Shown: positions 37,807-51,916 of the stretch, piece by piece
Position numbering within the stretch: the first letter of the stretch is position 1
How the letters are laid out: the number at the start of each line of letters is the position of its first letter
Assembly: GCF_009834535.1 (NCBI RefSeq)
Contig: NC_045697.1
Span: 112,904,001-112,968,000 of the forward strand
Length of the DNA: 64,000 bases
DNA from: Camelus ferus
Lineage: Eukaryota
Reading direction: 5' to 3'
Notes under the pieces: generated by a model
Database searches by the model: none
What the model was told of the DNA's origin: nothing
Seen by the model: the letters and a program-made list of their open reading frames with translations, nothing else
Translations under genes and position numbers: made by a program

Positions 37807-39130
37807 AAGCAGAGGCTGCAGATGGGAAAACAGACTGTTGTAATAGTGTGTTCACACCACCATGGGTGAGCCCGGGGTGCAGTAGGGTGTAAGAAAAAGG
37901 GACCCAGGAGCCCAGTGCAAGTCTGTGCAGGAGAGACAGCGAAACAAACCAAATAAAGGAGATGATAATGCTTGTATTTGACACTTTGCACTTCCTTTTT
38001 AGATTGTTTGACACACAATTTTCATGTATTTATATGTGTGTATATATGTAGATATACATGTGAATATGCATGTGTGTGTGCATATATACACTTACACATA
38101 CACACACACACCCCCCACAAATAAGAAATTGAGAAAATCAGGATGCACAAAAATAAGGGTAGAAAACTACTAAATCCACAAAAATGCATATACGGAGATT
38201 TACCATAGGTTTCATTTTTGTAGACACAGTGACCAAAGCAAAGAAAGAAACAGGATTCACAGAGAAGCAAACCAAGTGTTTGGATGAAACACAGCTTTTG
38301 CTAGTAATAAAGAATGAGCAAAATGTCTTTCCTTGCAATGAGAGCATTTCAGTGTGGCGAATGGCACCCTTGGCTACCTGCATGCAAGAGGCATGTTCCA
38401 ATTTCTTTGACTAGGCTTGGCAGAGGACAGGGTTAAGGTCATGCCATGAAACTAGCGAGCTACTTTAAGATAAGTGCTTCAAAGGGGGCTTCTCTAAACC
38501 CAAAGCTCCCTAGACACTCCGTGTTTGTGGGAATAGAAGTGTCAAAGAAGCAAATGTCTGTAACTACCAGCAGCCAGCATTTTTTCTTGATAAATAGCCC
38601 AAAGTCAATCCTGGCTTGTGTAACTGCTTAATGTCCCATGATGATATGTAACGCTCTGCACATTCTTGTGAAGATGATTTTTAAAATGATATCATGCTTG
38701 GTTTTTTTGTTTGTTTAATTTTCATTTCTATTTTAGTCTTAAATGAAATGTGCTATTGCAAGAACCGATTGATTCTATAAGAAATACAAAGATGTATCAT
38801 CAAAGTCATGGCATATGTGTTTTTGATCACTCTGCCTGATCCATATATAATATGTCATTTGTGAGGGAAAGAAAAAGTTGAGGTACAATGATCTTACATT
38901 TGCTTAGGAAGCACCTTAGAAGAATAGGAAAAAGAGAGAGTAGGCTTTTTCTTCCTTATCACCCCCACTCACCTTCCCAATGCTGAGCTCATATGACAAA
39001 GGACAAACTTGGGTTGGGACCACCCAGTTAAAAGAGCGTTCATACCAATTTCCCACTGGATCCCACAGCCATGTCCTTCAACATCCCTTGGGAGATCTTA
39101 GCCTAAATTCTTCTCTGTGCAGAAATCAGA

Positions 39131-39250
39131 GAGGGGAGGGGCTAGCTCAGCAGTAGAGTGTGTGCTTAGCGTGCATGAGGTCCTGGGTTCAATCCCCTGT
39201 ACCTCCATCAGTCAGTCAAGCTAATTACCACTCCCCCTGCCAAACAAAAA
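39131..39250 (+). mobile_element. Vic-1-type SINE
   Basis: tagctcagcagtagagtgtgtgcttagcgtgcatgaggtcctgggttcaatccc; TSD agaaatcag (39121, 39251). Confidence 0.9.
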
Positions 39251-40764
39251 AGAAATCAGGCTGAAAAACGCTTTTGAAGCCTCTTCATACCTTTGCCAGG
39301 GGTGAGTTAGCAGGCAGATTAATTTTGAATGTAAGTATCACAGTGATGTACTGCAGCAACAGAGACAGACCTTGTCAGTTCACTTGCAACTGATCAGTTC
39401 CCCTCCTTTTTGTCAAATGCCATTAAGGGATCAAGTGTGGAAATCAGCAAACCCGGCATCAGTGTGGGTCATTAATATAATGTGAATATTCACTATAGCA
39501 TGAAATATATACATGTATGTTGTAAACATGTAGCTATATACAATAGGTATGGAATCTTCTGTAACAGTTAAAGCTGTTGCAATTAGATTCAAGTAAAATG
39601 CTATTTGTATGAAGCCAAACTGAGACTGTTGGCAGTTTTTACTCACCGTGCACTTCTTTAGAGAATATCCACACTAAGATGCTGTTTGAAAATTGAAATA
39701 TAATTTGCAAATAAAAAGCAGTTTTCACTAGAGTAACAGTCAAGAGGTCCTGGAATAGTAAGCCCAGAATTTTACCTTCTTCCTTCCTTGTTACTGTGCA
39801 TATTTTTTTTTTTTACTTGAAAGTACAGGTTTATTTTTTGTTTTTATTTCTTATATAGAATTGTATTCATAATTTTCTCTTTTTTAACTCTTTGGCAGTA
39901 TTTTTATTATTGTTCTATAATATATCAGCTGTAAGTCATGAAAAACCAAAATAAACTGGGAAGTAGTCATGACAGTCATCTCCTCTTTAGTGTATTGCCC
40001 TTGTATCATGTTTACCGCAACTTGAGGTTTTCACATTTGTACTTGCGTTTTTGACTTTTGTAGTTTGTGCATGAAAAAAAAGTGTTCTGTTTTAACTTTC
40101 ATTAAACCCTCTGTTGACATTATACACTTACAATTTTTTAATTGTTTCTATCATCACATAAAGACAGCTGATTCAGAGACATAACAAAAAGGCAAACACA
40201 ACAGGAAAGAGATGATACTAAATGATGGCATCGAGCAGACGTAATTCATGAAATTCATTCATATTGGATGTGGAGGAAATGTGCTATCAGCTTATCATTT
40301 AGATGATGTCATAGTGAAAAAGTTTGTCCACAAAGGAGAAAGATCAAAAGAAGAAAGATCCAAAATCAAAAGGAGGTTTTACAGGAATAAGAAATGCAGG
40401 GCAGGCATTGAAAGAGGCTCAGTGGACAGTGATGAGTGTGGAGGAAGTTCAAACCCATGCACAAATCCAGGCAGTGGAAAATGCTAGTGACGCAGTTGAA
40501 GACAGACCCCTTTCCATGAGCAGAGAGTCAGTTGGTTTAATCTTCCAAGAAACCGAAGCAGAATTATTGTACAACTAAAGGGAGCATCTGAATACACTTG
40601 CTCGCTGAGGTCACAGATGTACACCATAGCTGGCATGAAATGTCATGTTTTATGTGCTTAGAATTCAGAAAATATTAGCTACCCCTGGCATTGGTGTGTG
40701 TGTGTGGAGTGGAGGTGGGGGACAAACTGTTCTTTTTATTTATTTTTTTAACAAAGAGCAAGAT

Positions 40765-41340
40765 GTTTTTAAATTGAAGTATAATCAGTTTACAGTGTGT
40801 CAATTTCTGGTGTACAGTATCATGTTTCAGTCATACATATATATACATATATTGCTTTTCATATTCTTTGTTGTTATACGTTACTACGATATAGAATATA
40901 GTTCCCTGTGCTATACAAAATAAACTTGTTTATCTATTTTATATATAGAAGTTAGTATCTGAAAAATGTCAAATTCCCAATTTATCCCTTCCCACCTTTT
41001 CTCCCCAGTAACCATAAGTTTGTTCTCTATGTCTGTGAGTATGTTTCTTGTTTTGTAAATAAGTTCATCCATGTCTTTTTTCTTTTTTTGGATTCCACAT
41101 ATGAGTGATATCATATGCTATTTTTCCTCCTCTTTCTGCCTTACTTCACTTAGAATGACAATCTCCAGGTTCAACCATGATGTTGGTGAAAATGGCATTA
41201 TTTTATTCTTTTTTAGGGCTGAGTAGTATTCCATTGTGTAAATATACCACAGCTTCTTTATCTATTCACCCACTGATGGACATTCAGTTAATGTCTTAGC
41301 TATTGTAAATAGTGCTGCTATGAACATTGGGGTCCATATG
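40765..41340 (-). mobile_element. Young L1 3' fragment
   Basis: ttgaagtataatcagtttacagtgtgtcaatttctggtgtacag...gtgctgctatgaacattgggg. Confidence 0.9.
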
Positions 41341-44217
41341 CTTCAAATTGTAGGGGACAAACTATTCTTAATGCTTTCCATCATTCCAGAAGACTCTCAT
41401 GGAGAGGGATTATCCAAAAGCTGGACAGGAAGCAACTCACATTTACGCACAATAAGACAGTACTTGTCCAAATTGTTCAAATATATAAATCCATCAAATA
41501 TTCATGAATTTGTTTACTTACTAGAGAATGAAAGAAAATAAAATGGAATAAATTGGAAAAATATTCTTAAATCTTAATGTTTTTAGTTTATTTTAAAATT
41601 TCTTTTAGTGATTGTAATAATAGTTGTTATTGTAAAAGAATTTAAAAATAAAGAAAAGTACTTTTCTATTTTAAACTTAATTACCTAGATAGATGATCAC
41701 TAGATTTTTAAATATTTTCTTCTACTCTTTTTATGCATCTAATTTTAATAGGATTATACTATTTTTTTCTCAGTTATATCTCTTAGTGACAACATATAAA
41801 GTTCATACACAGGGCTTTGGAAGAATGAAAGCTGTCAGAAAAAAATTTAGTGTTCTTATCTAAATGGAAATTTTGTTCTATCAGGATTCTGAATAAAATA
41901 AAAATTTTGTGGTTTTATGTTTATAATTCATTTCAGTTTGTTTCCACAAAGTTGTGCTTTCTGTTTTGTGTTTGAGAAACGAATGATTGGGATAATCAAA
42001 TGGTGTAAGAATCTCTCTGGATATACTACACACTAGGAAGATGTGAATTAGAAAGAGGATTATTATCAATCATTAATTATGTATCTGTAATTCTACTGCT
42101 AACTGGACAAGTATATTTCCAATATGATTATAATTTGAGATAGTGATTTGTTACAGGCAGTTCTACTGCTATGTGTAAAAAGACCTTTCAAATATGATTC
42201 TTCTTGAAAAATATCCAATCTAAGAAAGTAGCATCTATGAGAAAGCGTGGAACCACTTCCTTCTGCTTTTCAAAATGACCCTCCTAGTAGAGTGTAAGGA
42301 TGTTCAAAATGAAATCATGAACAGGGTGGTTTCCAAGTGGTACCTGTGGCGACAAACAAATGCTCGGAGGCCCTGTAAATAGATTCATCTCTCACTCTGT
42401 ACCGAGAAGCTCTTTGTGTTCAGTCCTGTCCTCCCACAGCTCATCCCAGCTCCTTTTCCCAGACTCACACCCACGTTCCACCAACTCTACTGTTGCAACA
42501 TCTCCTGTTCTCTTTTTGCTTCTCATGACTATTACACTACTGCTCATTCTTATTACTGTTGACTTTGACTGTTATAATATTCTCTTCTTTTTCTTTCTAA
42601 CTCTGAGATCACACAGCCAGATTAATTTTTTCTAATAATTTACTTTCTTACTTGGGTTCTTTATGGAGTTTCCACTCCAACTGAATGTCACTAAAGCTTT
42701 TTTTATATGTGTGCCTGTATATATGTGTATATGTGTGTGTGTGTGTGTGTAAATGGTGGCACTGGACGAAGGAAGCGTCTTTTAGGCTCTCACAATCTTG
42801 TTTTTCAGTGTGACATTCCATTCCAGTCCTACCTGAACTTTCATATTCCTTTTAAACCTGCCACACACTTGATCCGATTACCTGGTGATTCCTACTTGTA
42901 GCATTCACCAAAAGTATCTTTTATGTCTGGAGTATTTTACCAACTTCCATCTTTATGTGCCAAATTCTACCCAGGCTCCAAGTCCAGTTCCTATAAACAT
43001 CTTCCCTTGGGCTATAACCACCGTCCCCACCCCACATCTATGCATGACATCCCCTGTCCTTGCTCAGGACTTGAAACGCACGCATCCTGTGGTACCTTGG
43101 ATTCCAGTTAGTTGTGCAAATGTCCAACGTAGAAAGTGTCAAAATATAACCTCCTTGAAGGGCACAAGCTGAGACTTACTCATCTTTCCATTTATTACCA
43201 TTATTTTTAAGATTTACTCATCTTTACACCTTATATAACCTTACATCTAGTACATATGCAACCAATTATTTGGTGAGAGAATGATTATTAAATGAACAAA
43301 TGAAGAAATCAGTGAATAAATGAATAAACACTGATGATGGCTGGAACTGCTATAAAATTTTTGGCCAGTATTTGGCCAAGACAACTCCTTGCCTAGGTAG
43401 GAGAATTTACATGTAAAATACTTAAAAGCATATTTCTAATTCATTCAGTGCCTTCTTGGTTATCTGTAAATAAGTGACCGGCTTTGTCAATTATCCATGG
43501 CAACTCGAGACTTCCTTTAAAGCAGCGCTCAGACAGATCAGATGAATGAAAAATGGAAGTCGTGGTTGAGGATGAGGCGATGAGGACTCCAGCACTCAGC
43601 AGTCACCAAAAGTGCTGTCACAAAATCAACTTGGATTAAGAATCACTGCCACAATCAGAAAAGAAAAAGACTAAAATGTTTTAAGTTTTCCAATAGCTCT
43701 GTTATTACGTACGTACCAGAGCCCTACTCTGCATCTGACCAAATGTATTTCTTTGGTTATATCTACACAGAAAACAAGTGAGTTTGTGTTATCTGTCCTT
43801 CCTTCTTTCCTTTTCACGTCAATGCATGAAGCTAATAAAAAATGAAGCCTCCTAACTTCGAGAATACCTGCTTACAAATATCTGTCGTTCTGTTTTGTCG
43901 ATCTCACAGACACACAAAAAGGATCTCAAAGCTGACGTAAAATGAATGTTTGTGACATCTGAGAGTGTAGATAAAATCATTGCATGAGGACATTTATTCA
44001 AAGTTATTATCTATTTACTCACCTGTATGTCACCAAAATTATAAGGTAGGATCTGGGAAGGTAAATACCACTAGGGAAAATCAGTTCCTTTACTTGGAAG
44101 TAAACGATGCTCTGAGCCCCCCAACAGAGGGTGAACAGGGCAGCAAAGTGATGGTTCACAGGGAAGGGTTATCCCAAAGGGCACAGTCCATCTTTTGAAG
44201 CTCCTTTACCACCCGCC

Positions 44218-44302
44218 TTTTTTTTTTTTTTTTTTTTTTTTTGATTAGTGGATGCACTGGGGAGGAGCAGGCACTCTACCACCGTGTCCTACCCTCCTCC
44301 CT
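44218..44302 (-). mobile_element. Degenerate Vic-1-type SINE with long poly(T)
   Basis: T25 followed by ...gcactctaccaccgtgtcctaccctcctccc (antisense SINE head). Confidence 0.6.
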
Positions 44303-46139
44303 CACTTCATCTTTTGGTCTCCCCTGATTTGGAGGTTTTGGGCAGTTTGAGCTGATACTAAGACTGATGTGGAAGAACTGTTGTGTTGTTGGGTACCCTT
44401 GTGGCTGGAATTCCTGGGGCTACACATGCCAACACACAGGGGAAAAAAAATCTAGCGTCCTCCACGACCCGATGGAGACGTCTCAGAAAGTCCTCAGAGC
44501 GGGCCTAGCCCACTGTGAGACTGACTCACTCAGCTAGCCGGTAATAGAAGAGTCCCAATGGGAACTTCGATCCCAATCAGAATTTAAACTCCTGGGATCA
44601 GTAGGTTTGAACCATCAACAGAGGCGGCAGGGCTGCAGGAGGAGCAATTCAGTTAGCATCTTCCCAATCCATTGTAGCCCATGCAACCCAAATTCCCACG
44701 ACTTCAGATAAGCCTGGCCACCTCTGCTTCCGCTATTGGCACAAGTGATCGCCGTTATCTTCTTCTCCACCATTTTCCATCGAGCGGAATCCAGTGGGAA
44801 GAGGATGCGGCTCATCAGCCGTGGCTTTGGATCCACTCCAGGATCCAGTGAGGAGCCAGGGACATTGCTGTGTCACTGCCTCGGTTGTCCATCCTTCCCT
44901 GCAGCTCTGGGCAGATGGTCTGAGGTTTTGCCCAAGTCAGTGCTGACAAATTCAGGCATGAAATTAAACTCAGGAAGTCACGGGATGTACCAGGTTTTTT
45001 ATTTTTTGCTTTTTGGGGGTTTTTTTTGAATCGAAAATACTCCTTTGAGAAAACAAAAACATGTGAAAAATTCCCTTGAGTGTGAAGAATTGCCACTCAT
45101 CTGTAGATGTTGAAAAGTTGCCTGTAGATTCAGAATGCCCAAACTTAGCAATACAAAAATGATATCAGCTCTGCCATAAAATGTTTTTATTCTTACATCA
45201 CAGTTGTATTTTGAATTGGCATTTTCAAAATATTTTAAATCTCAGGCTGAACGGTAGGCCATCGCACCTCTCTTCATCTCTGTAATGAAATCTTCAAAAC
45301 CTGATTTACAAGGTCTTTTCCTTTTAATTCCAAAAATATATATATATTCTGGATCCATATCAGTAAAAGTTTGCTGGAAACAGCTGTTATTAAGAAAAAT
45401 ACTCAATACTGTCCATCTTCTTTTCTTATTAAGAAGAGTTACTTCTCCTTTTTACAGCACATCAGTTTGCGTGGCTTCCTCTGATGCCCAGATAGGGTAT
45501 AAAATCAGAACATGTCAGTTTAGTTCCTCAGTGCAAATGAAGAGTGCATGGTATGGGTAAGGGTCATACTTTTCTCACTTTCATTATAAGCACATTTTCC
45601 CGAAACATAAATAAAACACTGGGAAGTGGTGACATCCTTTGAGAATTGCTAAATCGTCTCGCTAAGCGAGACTCTCTCTTTTGGCTTTTGCTCTGCACCT
45701 GGGATAGCTTCAGGTAAATTATTCCCAGTTCATTTGTGGTCTAGTAATTAGCCATCTTTACCTTGACTTTTTAATTCTCTCATCACTTAGATTTGTCTTA
45801 ATATTCTGCTATTCTTCCCAGACAAGATTAATCAACAAGAATTTCTTCAGGTCATACTGGCAGAACTTGCATAAATAAAACAACAAATAGCCAAGACTGG
45901 CTCTGGGTGGTATAAAATTTAGGGAAAATGGCACCTCAAACATTATCGGTAGAGATCTTGCAGTCTGGTTCGTGAGGGGTGTGAGTCTTAGGGCAGCTTA
46001 AATTTAAATGAGGTGTGATCAGGAGAGGGAGTGGGTGTCACCGGCTTGAGATCATATTTGAGAAAAGTCCCAGAAGCAGACAATCCCAGAATGCAACCGG
46101 CTAAGGAAATACACATCTGAACGTTAATTGAAAAAAATA

Positions 46140-46310
46140 CTGTTTAACCTTTATTGACACTTAATTAACTTGATTCTTATAAATAATCCTATGAAGTAGA
46201 CACTGCTGTTTTCCTATATTATTGATGAGGGACTTGAAAGCACCGGAGATTGAGTGACTTAACAGGCGTGGACCAGCAGAAGTGGGATTCTGATGCTGAC
46301 TGTAGTACCA
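46140..46310 (-). mobile_element. MIR
   Basis: ataatcctatgaagtagacactgctgttttcctatattattgatgagggacttgaaagcaccggagattgagtgactt. Confidence 0.75.
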
Positions 46311-47261
46311 TTTCCGACATCATACCAAGTGCACACCATGGTAACAGCCTTGTGCATTAACCGCGACTGATGGACAGCACACCCAGGACCCTTCAACTGT
46401 CCTGTAGTCTGAGAAAACTCCAGATCTTGGCACAGTGGTAACTAATTTGTGGCAAAACCCATAGCTTCTTGGCTGGTAAATTCTGTGCCATGTTGCTATG
46501 CCTGTACGTTAGGGATTAGTGAGAAATACGGTGGGAGAGGTAAATCCAAATTATGGGAGGTCGTATGAAAACTGGGTGAAACAATTTGGATTTTACTTGA
46601 TTGTTAGGGTTCTTGAAGACTGGCAGTATTTTAAAAGGATCTGAATAACTGTGCTTAAAAAGTGATTTGGAAGGAGTAGAGCTTTAAAGACAGTGGGTGT
46701 ATCTGTTGACAATTCAAAGCTATTAGAGCGATGGCAGTGAGGATGAAAAGGAGGAAAAGTAAAAAAAACAAAACAAAACAAAACACTGAGAGAGAAAAAT
46801 ATTGGCATATTGATAACAATTAGGATTTAGAGTCTGAAGTATACAGAAGTCTTAAAAAGAAAGGCAAACCAAGAGAATGAGATGTTCAGGAGAGAAGCCA
46901 TATGGGAAATGGCGGGATACAGGAAAACACAACCAGCCGACGTTTCTTGTTATTGGAGAGGCTGCAGGTTGGTTTTGGAGATGAATGTTTTAAAATTCCA
47001 AGCCTGGGAGCGAAGCTTGAACCTGTGGGTTGCCTCCCTGGAGTGGTCAGTGTCAAAAGGGAAAATAAAAAGTGCTAAGTCCAAAACTCCCAGTATAAGC
47101 AGACGGGAAATGCTGACAAAGAAACTTCAGGGGGTAAGACGAGAGATCAGTCTGTGGGAAAGGAAGGAAAACAGAATTGCAACGCTAGGGGTTTGAGGTC
47201 ATGTAGTTTAATTACCCTTCCTGGAGCTCCTTTATACTGTGTCTGCCACAGAATCACTCTG

Positions 47262-47383
47262 TTTATTGTTGTTTGTTGGGGGGGTGGTAATTGTTTGTTT
47301 GTTTATTTACTGGAGGGACTGGGGATTGAACCCAGGACCTCACGCCTGCTAGGCATGCGCTCTACCACTGAGCTAGACCCTCC
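47262..47383 (-). mobile_element. Vic-1-type SINE
   Basis: ctggggattgaacccaggacctcacgcctgctaggcatgcgctctaccactgagctagaccctcc. Confidence 0.9.
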
Positions 47384-48162
47384 TATTGAGTATTTTCCAT
47401 GATGGGAAATCTACACCCTCCTGGGTCAGCTCAGTTCAGCTTTGGAAAGAGATATATTAATCTCTCCTGTAACTCTGACTCGCTGGATCCAGTTATGGGA
47501 CAGAATAAGACTAGCCACCTTTTACACAATAGCCTGTCACGTATCTAAAGTCAGTTGCCATGGAATGTTCCCTCCCCTGCCTTTTTTTTTTTTCCCCTCG
47601 CAAGATGTTAACTGTAGGACTTAGTATTTCTTTTTATTCGTCCCCAAATGACTACACTCACACTTTAAAAGGCAGCCCTTTTGACCTACTGCATTAGATT
47701 GTGGTCGACGAGTCTTAGCCGTGTTTTCAGAAATGCTGAATTGCATACTGTTCCTCACACAGCATGTCATAGGGTCATAGGACCCCCCCCATCACATCTC
47801 CTCCATCATTTCCGCCCCCTATCATTTCTCACCTTTCCAGGCTGCAGAATCCTGACATTTGGGGTCTGTCCTCCACAACCAATCACTGCTTCCATCCCTA
47901 CAACCGTCTTACATGCCCTCTGATTCCTCTTTCCCCATCTTTAAGGGTAGTGACATAAGCACAGTGTCACATAAGCCAAAAAGGGAGAGGTTTCCGGGAG
48001 GAGGGGCTAGTCCATAAGGACTTCAGGAAAGATGAAGAGCTAGAGAAGGCCCTTAGACTTGAATCTAAAGAGAGTGTTGGTAGCTCAGCAGAGACGTAAT
48101 CCCATTGTTACAGTAAGCCACAGTCCTACAAGGTGGAAAATGACAGCGTCCTGTAAAGCAAA

Positions 48163-48230
48163 ATGCAGTTGCTTTTATATAAAAAAATGAGTTGCTTTTA
48201 TATAAAAAAAATGAGTTGCTTTTATAAAAA
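48163..48230. repeat. Tandem repeat, about 3 copies of a 23-24-bp unit (atgagttgcttttatataaaaaa)
   Basis: Three consecutive agttgcttttata cores read directly. Confidence 0.9.
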
Positions 48231-48850
48231 GCATGCAGTGCATTGCCTATCACCTAGCAGCATTTTTGTTGATTTTATTGACTATTTATATGTTGGCAGT
48301 GATGCGTGACTTTGGGATACTATTTATATTTTGCAGTATTTTCTCATAGATCTTATTTGAACCTTGTAATAGCCATGTACAATTTTACCGATGAGAAAAC
48401 CAACTGTCTGAAAACTTGGCTGAGGTCACCCAACATGCGGAAGAGTGAAGCTGAATTCAATTCCAGTTTCATTCTACACAGATCTGACCATACTCCGAGT
48501 CCAGCTTTCTTTGAGACATTTCTGTGACTTGACTTGACTCACCTGCGGATTCAAATGAGTCAATAACTAACTCACCTGGATAGAGTCGGAATTCGTGACA
48601 GTGGCCTTACAAGCATTTGCTGTAACCGGTTTAACAAACTAGCTGCTAAGAACTGTTATCCCAATGCCCTGAAAGCAATAACATAGATCAGTGAAATTCA
48701 TAGTAATAGTGGCAGTGGTCTCGTTAATCCCATGATCCCATGCTAACATGAACAAATTATCCATAATAAAATTCACAAATATTAGATTGCCAACTACCCC
48801 TCAGGTATGCACCCTTTTATCTTATTTAATCCTCATGACACTTAAAGAGG

Positions 48851-49145
48851 GTTTTTTTTTTAATTTTTTAATTAAAGTATAGTTGATTTACATTGTTGTG
48901 TTAGTTTCTGGTGTACAGCCAAATGATTCAGTTATACATGTACATTTATATTCTTTTTCATATTCTTTTTCATGATAGGTTATTACAAGGTATTGAATGT
49001 CATTCCCTGAGCTGTACAGCAGGGCTTTGTTGTTTGTCTCTTTTATATACAGTAGTGTGTATCTGCTAATTCCAAACTCCTAATTTATCCCTCCCCCCCC
49101 TTTTCCCTTTGGTAGCCGTTAGCTTGTTGTTTATGTCTGTGAGTC
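48851..49145 (-). mobile_element. L1 3' fragment inserted in a MIR
   Basis: Antisense L1 tail; MIR text (tttaatcctcatgaca...ttttacacatgagtgaactgga) on both sides. Confidence 0.85.
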
Positions 49146-49980
49146 CAAGAGTTATTTTTAACCTCCTTTTACACATGAGTGAACTGGAGAACTTCTTCAG
49201 TTTACTGGAGCAGAGAACAAGGATGGGAGTCAGGACTGGATTTGCTTGCGAACCTCCAGCACAATTGAATTGAAATCATTGAGTTATTTTTATTTTTATT
49301 TTTCTGTGACAATGGAAGAAAAACACAATAGGGATATGAATTCATCCATGAGGGCGATGAGTACATACTCTACATAGAGACAAGCTTTCTCCCATTTCCT
49401 CCCATTTTCAGCATCAGTCCTTCAGCATCGTTGTCTTGCCATCTCTCAAACCCCTCCTCTTCCCTTAATACAGTGGCCACCACGTGGTTCCACTTGCTTC
49501 CCTGCTCGGTTAGTCTGGACCAGAAGACAACCATGTTCACACCGAACCCTCTGATGTGCCAGAATCTTTCCCTCCTCGCCCTTCCCATTTCGGACCTGGG
49601 GATTTCAGGGCGGGGTTTCATGCCTTGCCTCCTTCTCTGCAGCAAACCTGTTGTTTCTGTATCACAAAAGATGATAAGACCCCCCAGACCCAGCCACTGT
49701 GCTTTCCCTGCACCCCCACCCCGTTTCCGTCTTCACCTGCCCTCTCTCCCCGACCTCTTGCTCACAGGAACGGAGTCTGTTTCCTACCTACGTATTCTTC
49801 CACCTGCCCAAAGATATTCCTCTTACATCCCTTCTTTCCCCATGCTTTTTCAACTTCTCAAGAACATTCACTTAACAATGGGTCATTCTTTTGTCTATTT
49901 TTGTAAATGTATACCTCTCTGTGGCACCTTCACCTCTGCTTATGAACAAGTTCAGCTTTTCCTTGTAAAAACAAAATGAA

Positions 49981-50132
49981 GAAGTGTTTAAAGTTTTTTC
50001 TTAGGTCTTTTGTTTGCTTGGGGGGGACTCGGTCATTAGGTTTATTTATTTTTCAACGGCGGTACTGGGGATTGAACCCAGGACCTCGTGCACGCTAAGC
50101 ATGTGCTCTACCACTAAGATATACCCTCCCCC
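49981..50132 (-). mobile_element. Vic-1-type SINE
   Basis: gtactggggattgaacccaggacctcgtgcacgctaagcatgtgctctaccactaagatataccctcccc; flanking caaaatgaa duplication. Confidence 0.9.
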
Positions 50133-51769
50133 AAAATGAAAATTTAAAATAAAAATTTCCCTAGTCAGCTATCCTGTCACTGCTCTGCTCTGTTTCACCA
50201 AAAGAGAGATTATTCTCTTCGCTCATTTACATGAGCACGAATTTCTCATCCTTCCTGCCTTTCCGCGTGGCTTCTGCCCAACAGATACGCCAGTCTTTTT
50301 TCAGAAGTGAATTCGAAGAATGGGGGCCAAACTCTGAAGCATGATGGCTAGTTCTGAGTAAAGACTGCATCCAAATTAAACCATTACAAATGATAGTATC
50401 CCTAACTACTGTGCTCAAAGCTTATTTAGTGGGAGAGGCATATGGCGGGAAACGCAGGTGGGGAAAGGAGGGGGCAGAGGCGTGGACTAGGGGAAGGGAG
50501 CTGAGATGCTGTCTGAGGGCTACAGGGATGACTGCCTTTAAAAGTCATGTGTTGTAGGTGTGCTTCGCTGCCAAGACTAAGCATGGAAACCAAGCGATGG
50601 CCTGGGGATCGTGGCACCCTCTGTAGGCTGAGTCTCCCATCCCCAACCCGGTGTCACCACACTGTTCCAGATTCTTAACACCCAGATGATTGTAATCATT
50701 GCCCAAATGGGGTCCCTGCCTCCAGGCACTTCTCTCTCCCTCTCAAGTCACCCTGCGTGCTAATGGTGGTATCTGGTTTTCTGTGCATGTAGCAAGAACT
50801 AAGAAAATGTGAATGAATGAAATAATGGATGAATGAAAAGAATTCCCAAGTTACAAAATCACTACGGCCCTCATGAAGATTGTTTTAAAGTGATGAATTA
50901 TTTTTAAAAATTGTATGCAGAAAAAAAACAATACTATTTTACCAGAGCCAAGAAGCCTTGGCAAGGGATGGGGTAGGGAGTGGGGACAGTGGGGGGCTTT
51001 TTAAGATATACAAGACAAAAAAAAGAAGCCTACTTTTCTTAAAAGTCAAATATTAAGGGACTTGAAAACACACACACACACATACTCTAAATTTAATTTG
51101 CTATATAGCATTTTATGCTCCACTCTTTACAGAAAGCTAGAAATTATACAGAAGTAGAAGTTTATTCAAGTCATAAATGGTAAAAGCCTAACACATGCTG
51201 ATTAAACTGTAAGCCTCCAGTTAAAATACTAAAATGCCAATAAAATCTCTGAATTCAGCCTGTTCCTATCACTAGATGACAGACACCAACGTCAGTCACC
51301 ACTGATTTTTAAAAAATCACTGAACTACCAAGTCTCGATTTCCCATAAGGTAAAAATACATCAAAATTATGATTATTTTACAATGCATTTTTATTTTATC
51401 ATTAAAATCATGTTCTCTACACCATTATTCTGTTGGAGAAAGCATGTTTATATTTTTTATTACTGCGTTTTCAGTTATAATTTAGCAATAGTGGTTTGCG
51501 TGAAGTTTGTCAATTTAAGAACTGTTTCATTCTTTCTGCAATGGCACTATCACTTTTTTATTTCCAGGAGATATCCAAAGTTGATATTTAGTTCTTGAAT
51601 CTATTTAGGACAGTCTCAGCATGGTTTAAGAAAGGCTCTTGGGATCCAACCTGAGTTGTATAATTTAGAAAAATTTCAAAATGTTAAAATGCTGTAAAAA
51701 AAAAAAAGAATTTTGTAAAATGGGAATGAACATAAATCAAGCTTTTGAATTTCCCTATGGAAAATAATC

Positions 51770-51916
51770 CCTTTTTTTCTTTTCTTTTCCTTTTTTTTGG
51801 CGAGGGGAGGTAACTAGGTGTACTTACTTAATCATTTTCTTTTTAATGGAGGGACTGGGGATTGAACCTCGTGCATACTAGGCATGCACTCTACCACTGA
51901 GGTATACCCTGCCCCC
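51770..51916 (-). mobile_element. Vic-1-type SINE
   Basis: ctggggattgaacctcgtgcatactaggcatgcactctaccactgaggtataccc; TSD aaataatc. Confidence 0.88.

Noticed and set aside
40248..40578. Lys/Glu-rich ORFs as a processed pseudogene
   Set aside because: Purine-rich composition explains them; no recognisable homologue, poly(A) or TSD.
45240..45570. Minus-strand stretch vaguely like a PWWP-domain retrocopy
   Set aside because: In-frame stops and no convincing motif match; cannot be supported without a search.
45656..45672. Short palindrome gtctcgc-taa-gcgagac
   Set aside because: A 7-bp stem is expected by chance in 64 kb.
48163..48230. CRISPR-like array
   Set aside because: Eukaryotic DNA; repeats are directly adjacent with no spacers.
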